Positions 41,895 to 50,216 of a stretch of 64,000 bases of DNA are shown here, piece after piece. Within the stretch, counting starts at the first letter, position 1. Every line of letters begins with the position of its first letter. The notes below the pieces were generated by a model. That model ran no database searches and was not told the DNA's origin. It saw only the letters and a program-made list of their open reading frames with translations. The DNA is taken from assembly GCA_030603495.1 (NCBI GenBank), contig JAUVXR010000010.1:5499-69498 (forward strand), in the 5' to 3' direction. A program made the translations under genes and the position numbers. This stretch comes from a bacterium. Its GTDB lineage: Bacteria > Armatimonadota > Zipacnadia > Zipacnadales > Zipacnadaceae.

Positions 41895-42592
41895 GCTCCC
41901 GCTTGCTCACCGGCCATCTGGAAGAAATTGCTCAGGATCTCGCGGCCGTGCGGGTAGTACTCGGTGTAGGCTTCCGGGTGAAACTGCACGCTGTATATGG
42001 GCCGGTGGCGATGGCGCATCGCCTGCAGCCGGCAGTGGTCGTTACTCGCCAGCAGGCGGAAGTCAGGTGAAAGCTGCTTGACCTCGCAGTAGTGGGCCTG
42101 CCGCAGGTAGAGCACCTCGGGCAGGCCGGCGAAGAGCGGATCGGGGTGCACCACGCGCACGGGCTGCATACCCTTCTCCACAAAATAGCCGGGCTGATAG
42201 TCCGGCTCCCAGTCGGCTTCCCCGGGCTGAAGCCGGCGCATCGGCTCGTCGTGCAAGGTCTGTACCACCCGGAAATCCTCGGTGAAGGCGTGCGCTACGA
42301 GCTGATGGCCTCCGCATATCCCCAGTACCGGCAGCTCAGTGCTGTGCAGCAGATCGTAGAGGCCGTACAGCTCGGTCATCTCCATCTCGTCCCAGCCGTG
42401 CCCGAAGCCGCTGATGATGACTGCGCGGAAGGGATAGTGACTCGCCGCTTCCGGGGTTATCCAGGGATAGCGCACCATCAGGCAGGGGCTACCGGAAAGC
42501 TGCTCAAAGCGCAGCTTGTGCTCGAAGGCCGACTGGCTCGCCCGCTCCAGGTAGTCTTCCTTCGATTTCGCCATCACCACATACAGAACCAT
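41891..42592 (-). CDS. class I glutamine amidotransferase
   Basis: PVLGICGGHQL and VQFHPE catalytic motifs. Confidence 0.9.
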   Translation of the reverse strand: MVLYVVMAKSKEDYLERASQSAFEHKLRFEQLSGSPCLMVRYPWITPEAASHYPFRAVIISGFGHGWDEMEMTELYGLYDLLHSTELPVLGICGGHQLVAHAFTEDFRVVQTLHDEPMRRLQPGEADWEPDYQPGYFVEKGMQPVRVVHPDPLFAGLPEVLYLRQAHYCEVKQLSPDFRLLASNDHCRLQAMRHRHRPIYSVQFHPEAYTEYYPHGREILSNFFQMAGEQAGA

Positions 42593-42713
42593 TTGGGCAC
42601 CTCTTTCGTTTAAGTACGCGAGCGTCAGAGGACAGCGGGAAGACCAATCAGAAAAACCCCGTGGAAAGTTCTTCGGAAAAAAGGTTTAAGGTGCCGCTTT
42701 ACCTGGTATTATC

Positions 42714-42787
42714 TAGACAATTAGCTACTCGATTAGAGTAAAACCGGACGATACTGCCTGAGCCATCCGCTCAGGCAGTCGTCTTTT
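42714..42787 (+). ncRNA. candidate sRNA copy 1, antisense to the prepilin GFTLIELL coding motif
   Basis: 42716-42745 reverse-complements to GGT TTT ACT CTA ATC GAG TAG CTA ATT GTC; followed by a GC hairpin and TTTT; duplicated 304 bp downstream. Confidence 0.55.
42747..42787 (+). terminator. intrinsic terminator-like hairpin
   Basis: GACG(AT)ACTGCCTGAGC-CATCC-GCTCAGGCAGTCGTC-TTTT. Confidence 0.7.
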
Positions 42788-43018
42788 GGGGTCCGTGCGG
42801 GTAGCGCACCCTCAGGCACGGTCAACCAGCCAGCTCCGCGGACCACACGCTGAGATAGTCTTTTTCCGACTTCGCCATCACTGCAAACAGAACATTTTGG
42901 TCTCCTCCGGCGTCTATAGCAATTGACGGCCAGAGGGCACACCCAAGCTAATCTAAAGAATTGCTGGAAAATTCTTTGGAAAAAGCTTCAGGAAACCGCC
43001 CGATGTGCCGATACCAGT

Positions 43019-43091
43019 AGTCGAGCAGCAACTCAATCAGAGTAAAACCGGACGATACTGCCTGAGCTACCCGCTCAGGCAGTCGTCTTTT
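43019..43091 (+). ncRNA. candidate sRNA copy 2, antisense to the prepilin GFTLIELL coding motif
   Basis: 43023-43049 reverse-complements to GGT TTT ACT CTG ATT GAG TTG CTG CTC; same hairpin and TTTT as copy 1. Confidence 0.55.
43051..43091 (+). terminator. intrinsic terminator-like hairpin
   Basis: GACG(AT)ACTGCCTGAGC-TACCC-GCTCAGGCAGTCGTC-TTTT; stem identical to copy 1, only the loop differs. Confidence 0.7.
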
Positions 43092-43141
43092 GGGCTGCCG
43101 ATTTGCCAGCTCTAGTCTGCTGTTGCTGTCTGTACGGGCGA

Positions 43142-43166
43142 ATGTCCTGAGAGTGTCGAAGGACAT
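43142..43166 (+). repeat. short palindromic repeat family B (stem-TGAG-N4-TCGAA-stem)
   Basis: ATGTCC-TGAG-AGTG-TCGAA-GGACAT; same architecture as 19642-19662 and 45224-45262. Confidence 0.65.
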
Positions 43167-43186
43167 CCGCCCGTTGTGCTTACCGC

Positions 43187-44842
43187 TCACCGACTATACT
43201 TCCTGACGATGCAGATCAAGAACAGCGACATCATCACGATCCCCAACACGGCCTCCAGGCCAGCCAGAGCGCGACCAATTCCTGGAGCTGGGGCCAGGTC
43301 AGCATAGCCCAGACTGGTAAAGGTTATCACACTGAAATAGAGCGCCGTCCAAAAGCTGTGCACAACGCCATTCGGGGTGGCGGCATCAACCTCGGTCCCA
43401 GCCTTCAGGTCAGCCACGCCAGCCCATGTATGGCAGCCAGCAAAGATCAAGATGAGAGCGAGAATCCACCCCACAATCCAACTGGGCCGCTCGCCATAGC
43501 CGCACAAGAGGTACATCGCCGCCCACATCGCCCGGTAGCCCATCAGCCACGCCCACACAGCAAACGGCACCGAGGCACCTGCGAGGGCGAACCACCACGG
43601 ATTCTCAGCCGGCACGCGAGCCATACCTAGAACGAGCGCCACTGCGACTGGGAAGAGTAGGAGAAGGACGCCGCAGCGGCCCCAGAAAGCAGCAAAGAAA
43701 GCCTGCTTCTGGTCTTGCACCATTTGGGCCCGCTTGCACTCCATCTCGCGGACGAAAAACTCTCCGGCGGTCTGATAATCTCCTGATTCCTGATAATTCA
43801 GCTTGAGCTGGCGGTATACTGCCTCGCATTCGCTGAAGCTCGGACGATTGTCCTCCTTCAGCCCATCGTGCAGCGCTTTGGCTTTCTCCCATTCTTGATC
43901 GCTGTAGGCACAGCGTTCGTCACGGATATGGTATTCGGTCCAGCGCATCTTGCGCAGACGCCACCACCGGCAGATTCCGCGCAGGCCGATCCAGCCACAC
44001 CTCTGCCAGGGGAACCAGCGCCGCGTCACAGAAAACCCGAAGGTTGCGTGGGCGAGATTGGCTTCGGGAGCAATGGTCGCCGCCGCCAAGAGTGCTCCTT
44101 GTAGACGCGCATGTCGCAGCACCGGGATCTCTGTGATAGCAAGGTCCATGTCACGGTCAGTCTTCTGGCAGGGCACAATGATGGCGTGGCGTAAGTGAGC
44201 GTTGAATAGTCTTGCCCCGCCCAGCTTAGCGCCGTGCAGATTGGCGCCGCCCAAGTTGGCGCTGTGCAAGTCAATGTCCCCCATCTTGGCAAGTTGCAGC
44301 TTGGCGCGCCCAAGGTTTGCGCCTCGCAGTTTGGCACATCCCAGGTCGGCGCCCCGCAGGTCCGTAGCTCGCAGGGAAGCACGCTGCAGGTTGGCATCTC
44401 CCAGGTGAGCGCGCTGCAGGTTCGCACCGAAGAAGTCAGCGCCCTGCAGATTGGCATCTTGGAGGTAAGCGCTCTGCAGGTTCGCACCTCGCAGGTAAGC
44501 GCGCTGCAGGTTCCCATCTACCAGGTAAGCACCCTCCAAGTTGCCACGGAAGAGGTTAGCGCGCTGCAGGTAGGCGCCCCGCTCCACCACTTCCTCCAGC
44601 CGGGCCTTCAGGTCAAGATCGGTTTTTCGGTCTCGCTGGGAGTGGAAGTAGCACAGGCGCTCGTCGCGGCCAATATCGTCATCGGGCACGCACAGCCCGC
44701 AGCGCCGGTCCTGAACGCTTCTTCTCTCGTACTCGTAATCTTCCTCGAACTCATACTGGCAGCGCTGCTCTGGTGGCAAGTCATCCAGCTCCGGCCCGTG
44801 ATTGACCCAGTCTGGCTCGTTGGCGTTGCACATTGTTCTCAC
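43187..44842 (-). CDS. pentapeptide-repeat protein fused to a C-terminal two-TM ion channel (Ion_trans_2-like) domain
   Basis: A(N/D/Y)Lxx repeats at ~44200-44575; GYGERP; ALYFSVITFTSLGYAD pore-like motif. Confidence 0.88.
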   Translation of the reverse strand: MRTMCNANEPDWVNHGPELDDLPPEQRCQYEFEEDYEYERRSVQDRRCGLCVPDDDIGRDERLCYFHSQRDRKTDLDLKARLEEVVERGAYLQRANLFRGNLEGAYLVDGNLQRAYLRGANLQSAYLQDANLQGADFFGANLQRAHLGDANLQRASLRATDLRGADLGCAKLRGANLGRAKLQLAKMGDIDLHSANLGGANLHGAKLGGARLFNAHLRHAIIVPCQKTDRDMDLAITEIPVLRHARLQGALLAAATIAPEANLAHATFGFSVTRRWFPWQRCGWIGLRGICRWWRLRKMRWTEYHIRDERCAYSDQEWEKAKALHDGLKEDNRPSFSECEAVYRQLKLNYQESGDYQTAGEFFVREMECKRAQMVQDQKQAFFAAFWGRCGVLLLLFPVAVALVLGMARVPAENPWWFALAGASVPFAVWAWLMGYRAMWAAMYLLCGYGERPSWIVGWILALILIFAGCHTWAGVADLKAGTEVDAATPNGVVHSFWTALYFSVITFTSLGYADLAPAPGIGRALAGLEAVLGIVMMSLFLICIVRKYSR

Positions 44843-44953
44843 CCCAGGCCTATTTCGCTAGGGAGGGGTGGGAGTCCTGCGTGGGCGGGCGGCGGATAGA
44901 GGCAGACAACAGCAGACAGGAACAGAGAAAGGCAGAATGACGGCAGAAACGGC

Positions 44954-45055
44954 GGGGCGCAGCAAGCAGCGCCCCTACAAGTGAAAGGTGGACAGGCGAG
45001 ACGCCTGTCCTACCGGGCCGGGGGTATATGGACAGGCGGGACGCCCTGCCTATCC
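44954..45055. repeat. cluster of GTAG-type REP-like palindromes
   Basis: Minus strand GTAG-GGGCGC-TGCTTGCT-GCGCCC(C), GTAG-GACAGGCG-TCT-CGCCTGTC(C), and a third degenerate copy overlapping the rfbC stop. Confidence 0.75.
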
Positions 45056-45544
45056 TCCCCGAGTGTGCCATTCGAAGGGGATGTCGGGGTCGAAGGGGTC
45101 GCGGCGGAGCTCGTCGGGGTCGTCAGCGACGTAGTGCTCCGTCGGGATATTGAGCATGATGACCGTTTCCTCGTCCGCCGGCGTGAAGCCGTGCCAGACC
45201 AGCGGGGGAACACGCACCAGCAGTGGCTCGACAGGCTCACCATCCCGAGCAACGCCGAGGGACGGGTTGAGCATCCCGAGCATAATGGCCTGGGTCTGCC
45301 CACGGGTGGGCGAGTCTTCACGATCGTCGTACAGCCCCAGCTTGGCGGTGCCCCGCAGACAACAGAGGTGATCGTACTGGCGGGCGTGCGCGTGCCAGGC
45401 CTTGACTACCCCGGGATAGCACGTAGTTATGTAGACCTGCCCGAACTTGCTGAATAGCTCGTCATCGTCGCGCAGGATCTCCATTAGATAGCCACGCTCA
45501 TCGGCAATTGGGCGCAGTTGCTTGGTGACTACCCCCTCAATCAT
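45050..45544 (-). CDS. dTDP-4-dehydrorhamnose 3,5-epimerase family protein (with a 13-aa repeat-derived insertion)
   Basis: DERGYLMEI, PGVVKAWHAH, DDREDSPTRG, VWHGF. Confidence 0.9.
   Translation of the reverse strand: MIEGVVTKQLRPIADERGYLMEILRDDDELFSKFGQVYITTCYPGVVKAWHAHARQYDHLCCLRGTAKLGLYDDREDSPTRGQTQAIMLGMLNPSLGVARDGEPVEPLLVRVPPLVWHGFTPADEETVIMLNIPTEHYVADDPDELRRDPFDPDIPFEWHTRGG
45224..45262 (-). repeat. family-B palindromic doublet inserted in-frame in a CDS
   Basis: TCCCTCGGCGTTGCTCGGGA-TGGTGAGCCTGTCGAGCCA (39 nt), translating as SLGVARDGEPVEP. Confidence 0.7.
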
Positions 45545-45567
45545 AAGCCGCTTCCCCTCGAGTTAGA

Positions 45568-46938
45568 TTACAGATTGCCGCGGTGTAATTCAGCGGTGGT
45601 CTCGGGCATTTGCACGCCGATATAGTGATTCTGAAAGTGCGCCTGCGTCGTGGCGATTATGTCTCCTTTGGTAATCCCCTGGATTTCGGCGGCTATCTGG
45701 TCAAAGCTGGCCGGGCCACCGCCCAGCACCTCGATCTCCCCGAGATGTGCCGCCAGTGTCGTCGGCCCCAGCATAATCCGGGCATGGCCGTTGATCAGGT
45801 TCTGCTTGGCCCGGCCTAGCTCCTCGGGACGGATCGCCCCATCGCGCAGTGAGTTGAGGTGGCGCAGAAGGGCCTGGTGAGTCTCTTCGACGGCACCAGG
45901 ATCGCACTCGGCATAGATTGCCAGGTGAGGTTGCCGGCTCAGCGCCACCGGCAGCACCTTCACCGGCGTGCGCTGCGCCAGCAAGCGAAAGGGGAGGTTC
46001 AACGCCAGGCTGTGCAGTAGTCCCCGGTCGCGCATCAGCCGCCCTTGTGCCCCACTCAGCACGTGATACAGGAGTTGACCGATTCGGAAGCCTTTGCCAG
46101 GAGGCGGTGATACGGGCACCCCCACTACCACCGTGGCCAGCCCGGTCAAGGGGTTACTGCCCGCCCGAACGCGGGAGTACTTATGTAGGACACGCTCCGG
46201 AGACGGGGCAACTATACCGTGCGCCAGCGAACCCAGTGCACCCTCCGCCATAGCGACAATCTCCTCGCGCGACGCCGGGGCTACCACAACCACTACAGCG
46301 TTCGCCGCCTGGAAATAGTTCTGGGCAAAGGTCCTGACCTGCTCGGTGGTGATCGCCGCTGTTGACTCCGACGTACCGAAAACCGGCCGGGCCGCAGCAA
46401 CATCGCCCAACATCGCTTCGCGGAAGAGGTAATAGGTTTGCTCAGCCACGCGCCTGGGCATATCCTCATATTCCTTGGCGAGACGCTGCCGGGACAGCTC
46501 GAGAAGCTCGGGCTGAATCTGCGGGGAGAATATGCCCTCGCTTACCAGCTCCATCAGGGAGCGGAGCTCTCGGGAGGGACAGCTCGCCCGCATCCGGAGG
46601 TAGTCCCACTCGACTCCCCACGCCGGCGCCCGGCCACTGCGAATGGCCTGCTGCAATGGCGCAAACCTTGCGTCGGTTTCCAGTAGCTCACGAACACGGG
46701 CACTGTTGTGCTCGTGGATGAGCGCCCGGATGCCGGGGGGCTCGTCCAGGTCAGCTCCTACCCGGAATCCCACAAAGACTCCGGCCACATCTGAGGCATA
46801 GTGCGGGCAAGCGACCACCGTCAAGCCGTTGCCGAGGACGGTCCGGGTGACCGGCGCAGCACCATCAGACGAGGCCGTTACCACGCCCACCAGAGCGGTA
46901 AGCACCAGCACAGGAAAAAGCCGAGTGACATGTCTCAT
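45568..46938 (-). CDS. M16 peptidase family, non-catalytic subunit
   Basis: Signal peptide; LGNGLTVV start, M16 fold pattern, no intact HxxEH. Confidence 0.82.
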   Translation of the reverse strand: MRHVTRLFPVLVLTALVGVVTASSDGAAPVTRTVLGNGLTVVACPHYASDVAGVFVGFRVGADLDEPPGIRALIHEHNSARVRELLETDARFAPLQQAIRSGRAPAWGVEWDYLRMRASCPSRELRSLMELVSEGIFSPQIQPELLELSRQRLAKEYEDMPRRVAEQTYYLFREAMLGDVAAARPVFGTSESTAAITTEQVRTFAQNYFQAANAVVVVVAPASREEIVAMAEGALGSLAHGIVAPSPERVLHKYSRVRAGSNPLTGLATVVVGVPVSPPPGKGFRIGQLLYHVLSGAQGRLMRDRGLLHSLALNLPFRLLAQRTPVKVLPVALSRQPHLAIYAECDPGAVEETHQALLRHLNSLRDGAIRPEELGRAKQNLINGHARIMLGPTTLAAHLGEIEVLGGGPASFDQIAAEIQGITKGDIIATTQAHFQNHYIGVQMPETTAELHRGNL

Positions 46939-48275
46939 GGCAGCCGGGCCTCCCAGCGGTCAGCGGCAGCCGGCTTGGGACGGATAACGACCAAGTTGTA
47001 GTTGTCCGGGCGCAGGTATTTCGCCGCTGTCTGTTGGACATCTTCGGCAGTTACCTCATTGATGAGGTCAATGTAGTCAATCGCGAACTGGTAGTCGTAG
47101 ATCGCTTCATAAAAGGAGAGCGATTCAACCTGGTCAGTATACGCCTCGTTGCTGAAGGCATACTGGCCGTAGATACGCTGCTTGGTCGCCGCGAGCAGCT
47201 CGTCACTGACGGGCGCGGCGCTAAGTTGCTCGATATTCCCGAGGATGGCCGCGCGCAGGTCCACCTCATAGGCTGGCTCAGTGACAGCAGTAATGCTAAA
47301 CAGCCCGGGCCAGCGTTGGGTCAGATAGCTAACGACCACGCCCGCCAGCAGCGGCTTGTCGCCCTCGGGTGCTTCCACCATCTGGTTGAGCCAATCGTCC
47401 ATAATCATATAGATGAGGTCCATCGCACAGACCTCGCGCTGGTTGGCAATGCCCGGCGCATGCCAAGCGAACTGAAGCAGAGTTATTGATCTCTCCAACT
47501 GCTCGATGCGCGTGCGGACCTCGGTCTGGGGCGGCTCGGCGGGGACCTGCGGCACCACCTTATCCCCCGGAGCATACCCACCGAAGCTCTCCTCAGCAAG
47601 CTCGAAAAAGGCCTCAGCATCCACATCACCGACCACGACGACAGCGGCGTTGTGGAGCCGATAGAATTGATTGTAGAAGGCGCGCACTGCGTGGACGTCG
47701 AGATCCTCGAGCTGAGTCGGAGAGCCCGGGATTGGCCGCCCGTAGGGATGCTCAGTATAGGCTAGCTGCCAGGTGAAGATGTTAGTCAGCTCAACGGTCG
47801 AGCTCAACCGATCCGCCATCTCCCGCAGGATGATACGCTTCTGCTGAGCCACCGCTTCAGCGGTGAATTTGGCTGCGAAAATGCTCTGGGCCAGGAGGGG
47901 AATCATCTGATCGAAGTATTCAGAGGAGCTCGCCAGAGTCACCTGGGTGAAGTCGCGCGTGACCACAGCATTGACGTAGCCGCCCATATCCTCGATCTGT
48001 GGACCGAACGCGTCTGTGCTCCTGTGTTCTTCGAAGAGTAGATGCTCGACCAGATGAGCCACACCGCTGTTGTGCTCAGTCTCATAACCCGAACCTGCCC
48101 CGATGACCAAGCCCAGGGCAACAACGGGCCATTGGCGCTCCGACTTGACTATCACCCGCAGTCCATTGTCCAGGGTCTTGGCCTGAATATGAGCGGGATC
48201 CAGGATAGGCGCGGCGACGGCACTCGCAGTCAACACGACTACTAGCAGGAGTGTCCAGGCAATTCGATGACTCAT
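46935..48275 (-). CDS. M16 zinc peptidase, catalytic subunit
   Basis: Signal peptide; LDNGLRVI, GVAHLVEHLLF, HPYGRP. Confidence 0.92.
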   Translation of the reverse strand: MSHRIAWTLLLVVVLTASAVAAPILDPAHIQAKTLDNGLRVIVKSERQWPVVALGLVIGAGSGYETEHNSGVAHLVEHLLFEEHRSTDAFGPQIEDMGGYVNAVVTRDFTQVTLASSSEYFDQMIPLLAQSIFAAKFTAEAVAQQKRIILREMADRLSSTVELTNIFTWQLAYTEHPYGRPIPGSPTQLEDLDVHAVRAFYNQFYRLHNAAVVVVGDVDAEAFFELAEESFGGYAPGDKVVPQVPAEPPQTEVRTRIEQLERSITLLQFAWHAPGIANQREVCAMDLIYMIMDDWLNQMVEAPEGDKPLLAGVVVSYLTQRWPGLFSITAVTEPAYEVDLRAAILGNIEQLSAAPVSDELLAATKQRIYGQYAFSNEAYTDQVESLSFYEAIYDYQFAIDYIDLINEVTAEDVQQTAAKYLRPDNYNLVVIRPKPAAADRWEARLP

Positions 48276-48288
48276 ATAGCTACCTTCT

Positions 48289-49287
48289 TCATTCGTCAGG
48301 CCACGCCAGCATGACCGGCTTACCGGTGCGGGCCGATTCAGCAGTCGCGTTTATCACGCGAAGCGTCGTCACCATGTCCTGTATTGTCGCCCGAGGGGCA
48401 CAACCCGTCTCCAGACATTTCAGCAGGTCGGCGGTATACTGGAAGTAAGCCTGGTCGCCGTTAAGACCTTCGAAATCAAGCCGGGTACCGTCGCGGAACA
48501 GGACAGTGCCTGTAGCTACATTTCCACCAACGTATAGCGCATCAGTGGTAACCGAGAAGTAACGCTCGTACCCCTCAGGCATGACATAGCCCGCCTCACC
48601 GACACCGATAGCCCCATCCCCTCCTGTCATAACGACACTCACCATGTCTTCAATGTGCAGATTGTGAACGCCGCGGATGACGCGCGCATAGACTTCGACA
48701 ATGGGCTCACCAGCCAAGTAGACAAATGTATCCACCAGATGCGGCCCGAAGTTAAACAGCGCACCGCCCCCGGCTCGCGCCGGATCAAGCATCCAGCCAC
48801 AGCCCCAGTCAACGTAGCGGTGGGGCGCGCCGCCCAGCAGGCGATAGTAGTAGTGCTGAACTTGTCCGAGCTTGCCGACCCGCTTCAGTTCAGCAAGCTG
48901 TTCTACCACGCCCAGGTAACGGCTGACCAGAGCCACGCTGGTAAAGACTCGCTCGCTTTGAGCCTTCGCGGCAACTGGTGCGAGCTTGCGCCAGTCTATG
49001 CCCATCGGCTTTTCCATGTGAAAGGGCTGATGCCGCGCGACCAGCTCAGCGGCCAGCTCGGTCATCTCATCGTGGGGGGCATGGGCCATTACCAGATCCA
49101 CGTCTTCGCTGCCAAGAAGCTCCCGGTAGTCGCGGTAGCGACTCGCCGACAGCCCCTCGCCGATCTTAGTCAGGGCCTCCTCAGAGGGGTCGCTGATGGC
49201 TACGATCTCCGCGCCCAGCTTCTGAAGCGCCGGCAGATAGTATATGGCAGTATGCCAGTGACTTACTCCGACGAGCGCAACTCTCAC
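48289..49287 (-). CDS. Gfo/Idh/MocA oxidoreductase
   Basis: VALVGVSHWH, MEKPMG, GGGALFNFGPHLVD; start uncertain (GTG 49287 or ATG 49326). Confidence 0.88.
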   Translation of the reverse strand: MRVALVGVSHWHTAIYYLPALQKLGAEIVAISDPSEEALTKIGEGLSASRYRDYRELLGSEDVDLVMAHAPHDEMTELAAELVARHQPFHMEKPMGIDWRKLAPVAAKAQSERVFTSVALVSRYLGVVEQLAELKRVGKLGQVQHYYYRLLGGAPHRYVDWGCGWMLDPARAGGGALFNFGPHLVDTFVYLAGEPIVEVYARVIRGVHNLHIEDMVSVVMTGGDGAIGVGEAGYVMPEGYERYFSVTTDALYVGGNVATGTVLFRDGTRLDFEGLNGDQAYFQYTADLLKCLETGCAPRATIQDMVTTLRVINATAESARTGKPVMLAWPDE

Positions 49288-49354
49288 TGTGACTAGTCTC
49301 CGTTCAGCCGATTCAACTCGGCGCATTGAGCCGGCTGGAGCTTCTTTCTCCGTA

Positions 49355-50206
49355 CTATGGTCTCTCACCTTGCCCCTCCGGGCACGGCAGCACTTCTCCC
49401 TGCCAACATGCCGCCAGTTCGGCGGTGGTGAGCAGGTCAATCTGGTTGTGCTGAAGGATCAGCGCCATCTCGTCGGTCGCGCCGGTATCCACAAAGCGGT
49501 GGTAGGCTGCCGGAATAAGCTCGCCGGGAATGTCGCCGCCCCGCCGCCGCCCACACAGATAGCTCTCCAGAGTAACCAGGCGATGGTCGGGCACTGGCAG
49601 GTCCCGTTGGCGGCGGGCTACCCAGAGTATGTCCAGATGCTGCTGGGGCTGCACAGTCCATTCCATGCGATGATAGCGACTGCGATCACGCAGGAAGGGT
49701 ACGTCAAAGGCCCGTCCATTGAAGCTGACCAGGATTTTCGCCTCAGCTAGCATCTCCAGAGCTGCTGCCAGAGTTGCGGCCTCCTCCGCATAGTCCCGGG
49801 CGAGCAGTTGATGGAAATGGGGGCCGTCGGCTCCGACGTGTAGCACGCCAACCAAGAACAGCGGTGTCGAGGAGAGACCCGTCGTCTCAATGTCCAGGAA
49901 TGCCACTTCGTGACGGGCCTCTACCGCGAAGGCCTCGTTCTGCACCAGTTCCTCGAATAGATCCACCGCGAGCTGCTCTGCCCATTGGCCAATGTCAGCG
50001 GGCATAAGCCGAATGCTGAGATAACTGCCGCGGCTGTGCTCCACCACCAGTCCGGGCGGCATTGTCGGGTTCGGGGCTATCACCGTGTCTGCCGGGCTGC
50101 CAGCGGGCGGAGCCTGCTCGGTAGGCTGCACCGCATCGCCGCCCGCATACTGGCCTCCAGCACGCAAAGCAGATAGTCGTCGCCGAGTGTGACGAGGTAG
50201 TAGCAT
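49355..50206 (-). CDS. ribonuclease H-like (YprB/DEDD) exonuclease domain protein
   Basis: FLDIETTGLS, SFNGRAFDVPFL, HLDIL, DIPG, HNQIDL. Confidence 0.88.
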   Translation of the reverse strand: MLLPRHTRRRLSALRAGGQYAGGDAVQPTEQAPPAGSPADTVIAPNPTMPPGLVVEHSRGSYLSIRLMPADIGQWAEQLAVDLFEELVQNEAFAVEARHEVAFLDIETTGLSSTPLFLVGVLHVGADGPHFHQLLARDYAEEAATLAAALEMLAEAKILVSFNGRAFDVPFLRDRSRYHRMEWTVQPQQHLDILWVARRQRDLPVPDHRLVTLESYLCGRRRGGDIPGELIPAAYHRFVDTGATDEMALILQHNQIDLLTTAELAACWQGEVLPCPEGQGERP

Positions 50207-50216
50207 TATTTCCGGC

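Noticed and set aside
42735..43094. Direct repeat pair as a CRISPR array or integron attC sites
   Set aside because: Only two copies, with a ~250-bp interval; no cas or intI gene; no RYYYAAC/GTTRRRY ends seen.
42948..43190. 80-aa ORF containing GFTLIELL as a real type IV pilin
   Set aside because: No hydrophobic helix follows the motif (LDYWYRH), the N-terminus is translated from hairpin repeats, and the paralogous copy has in-frame stops.
49355..50206. YprB-like nuclease as part of a defence or repair system
   Set aside because: No partner helicase (YprA/DUF1998) or defence genes nearby; it sits inside a mixed operon.
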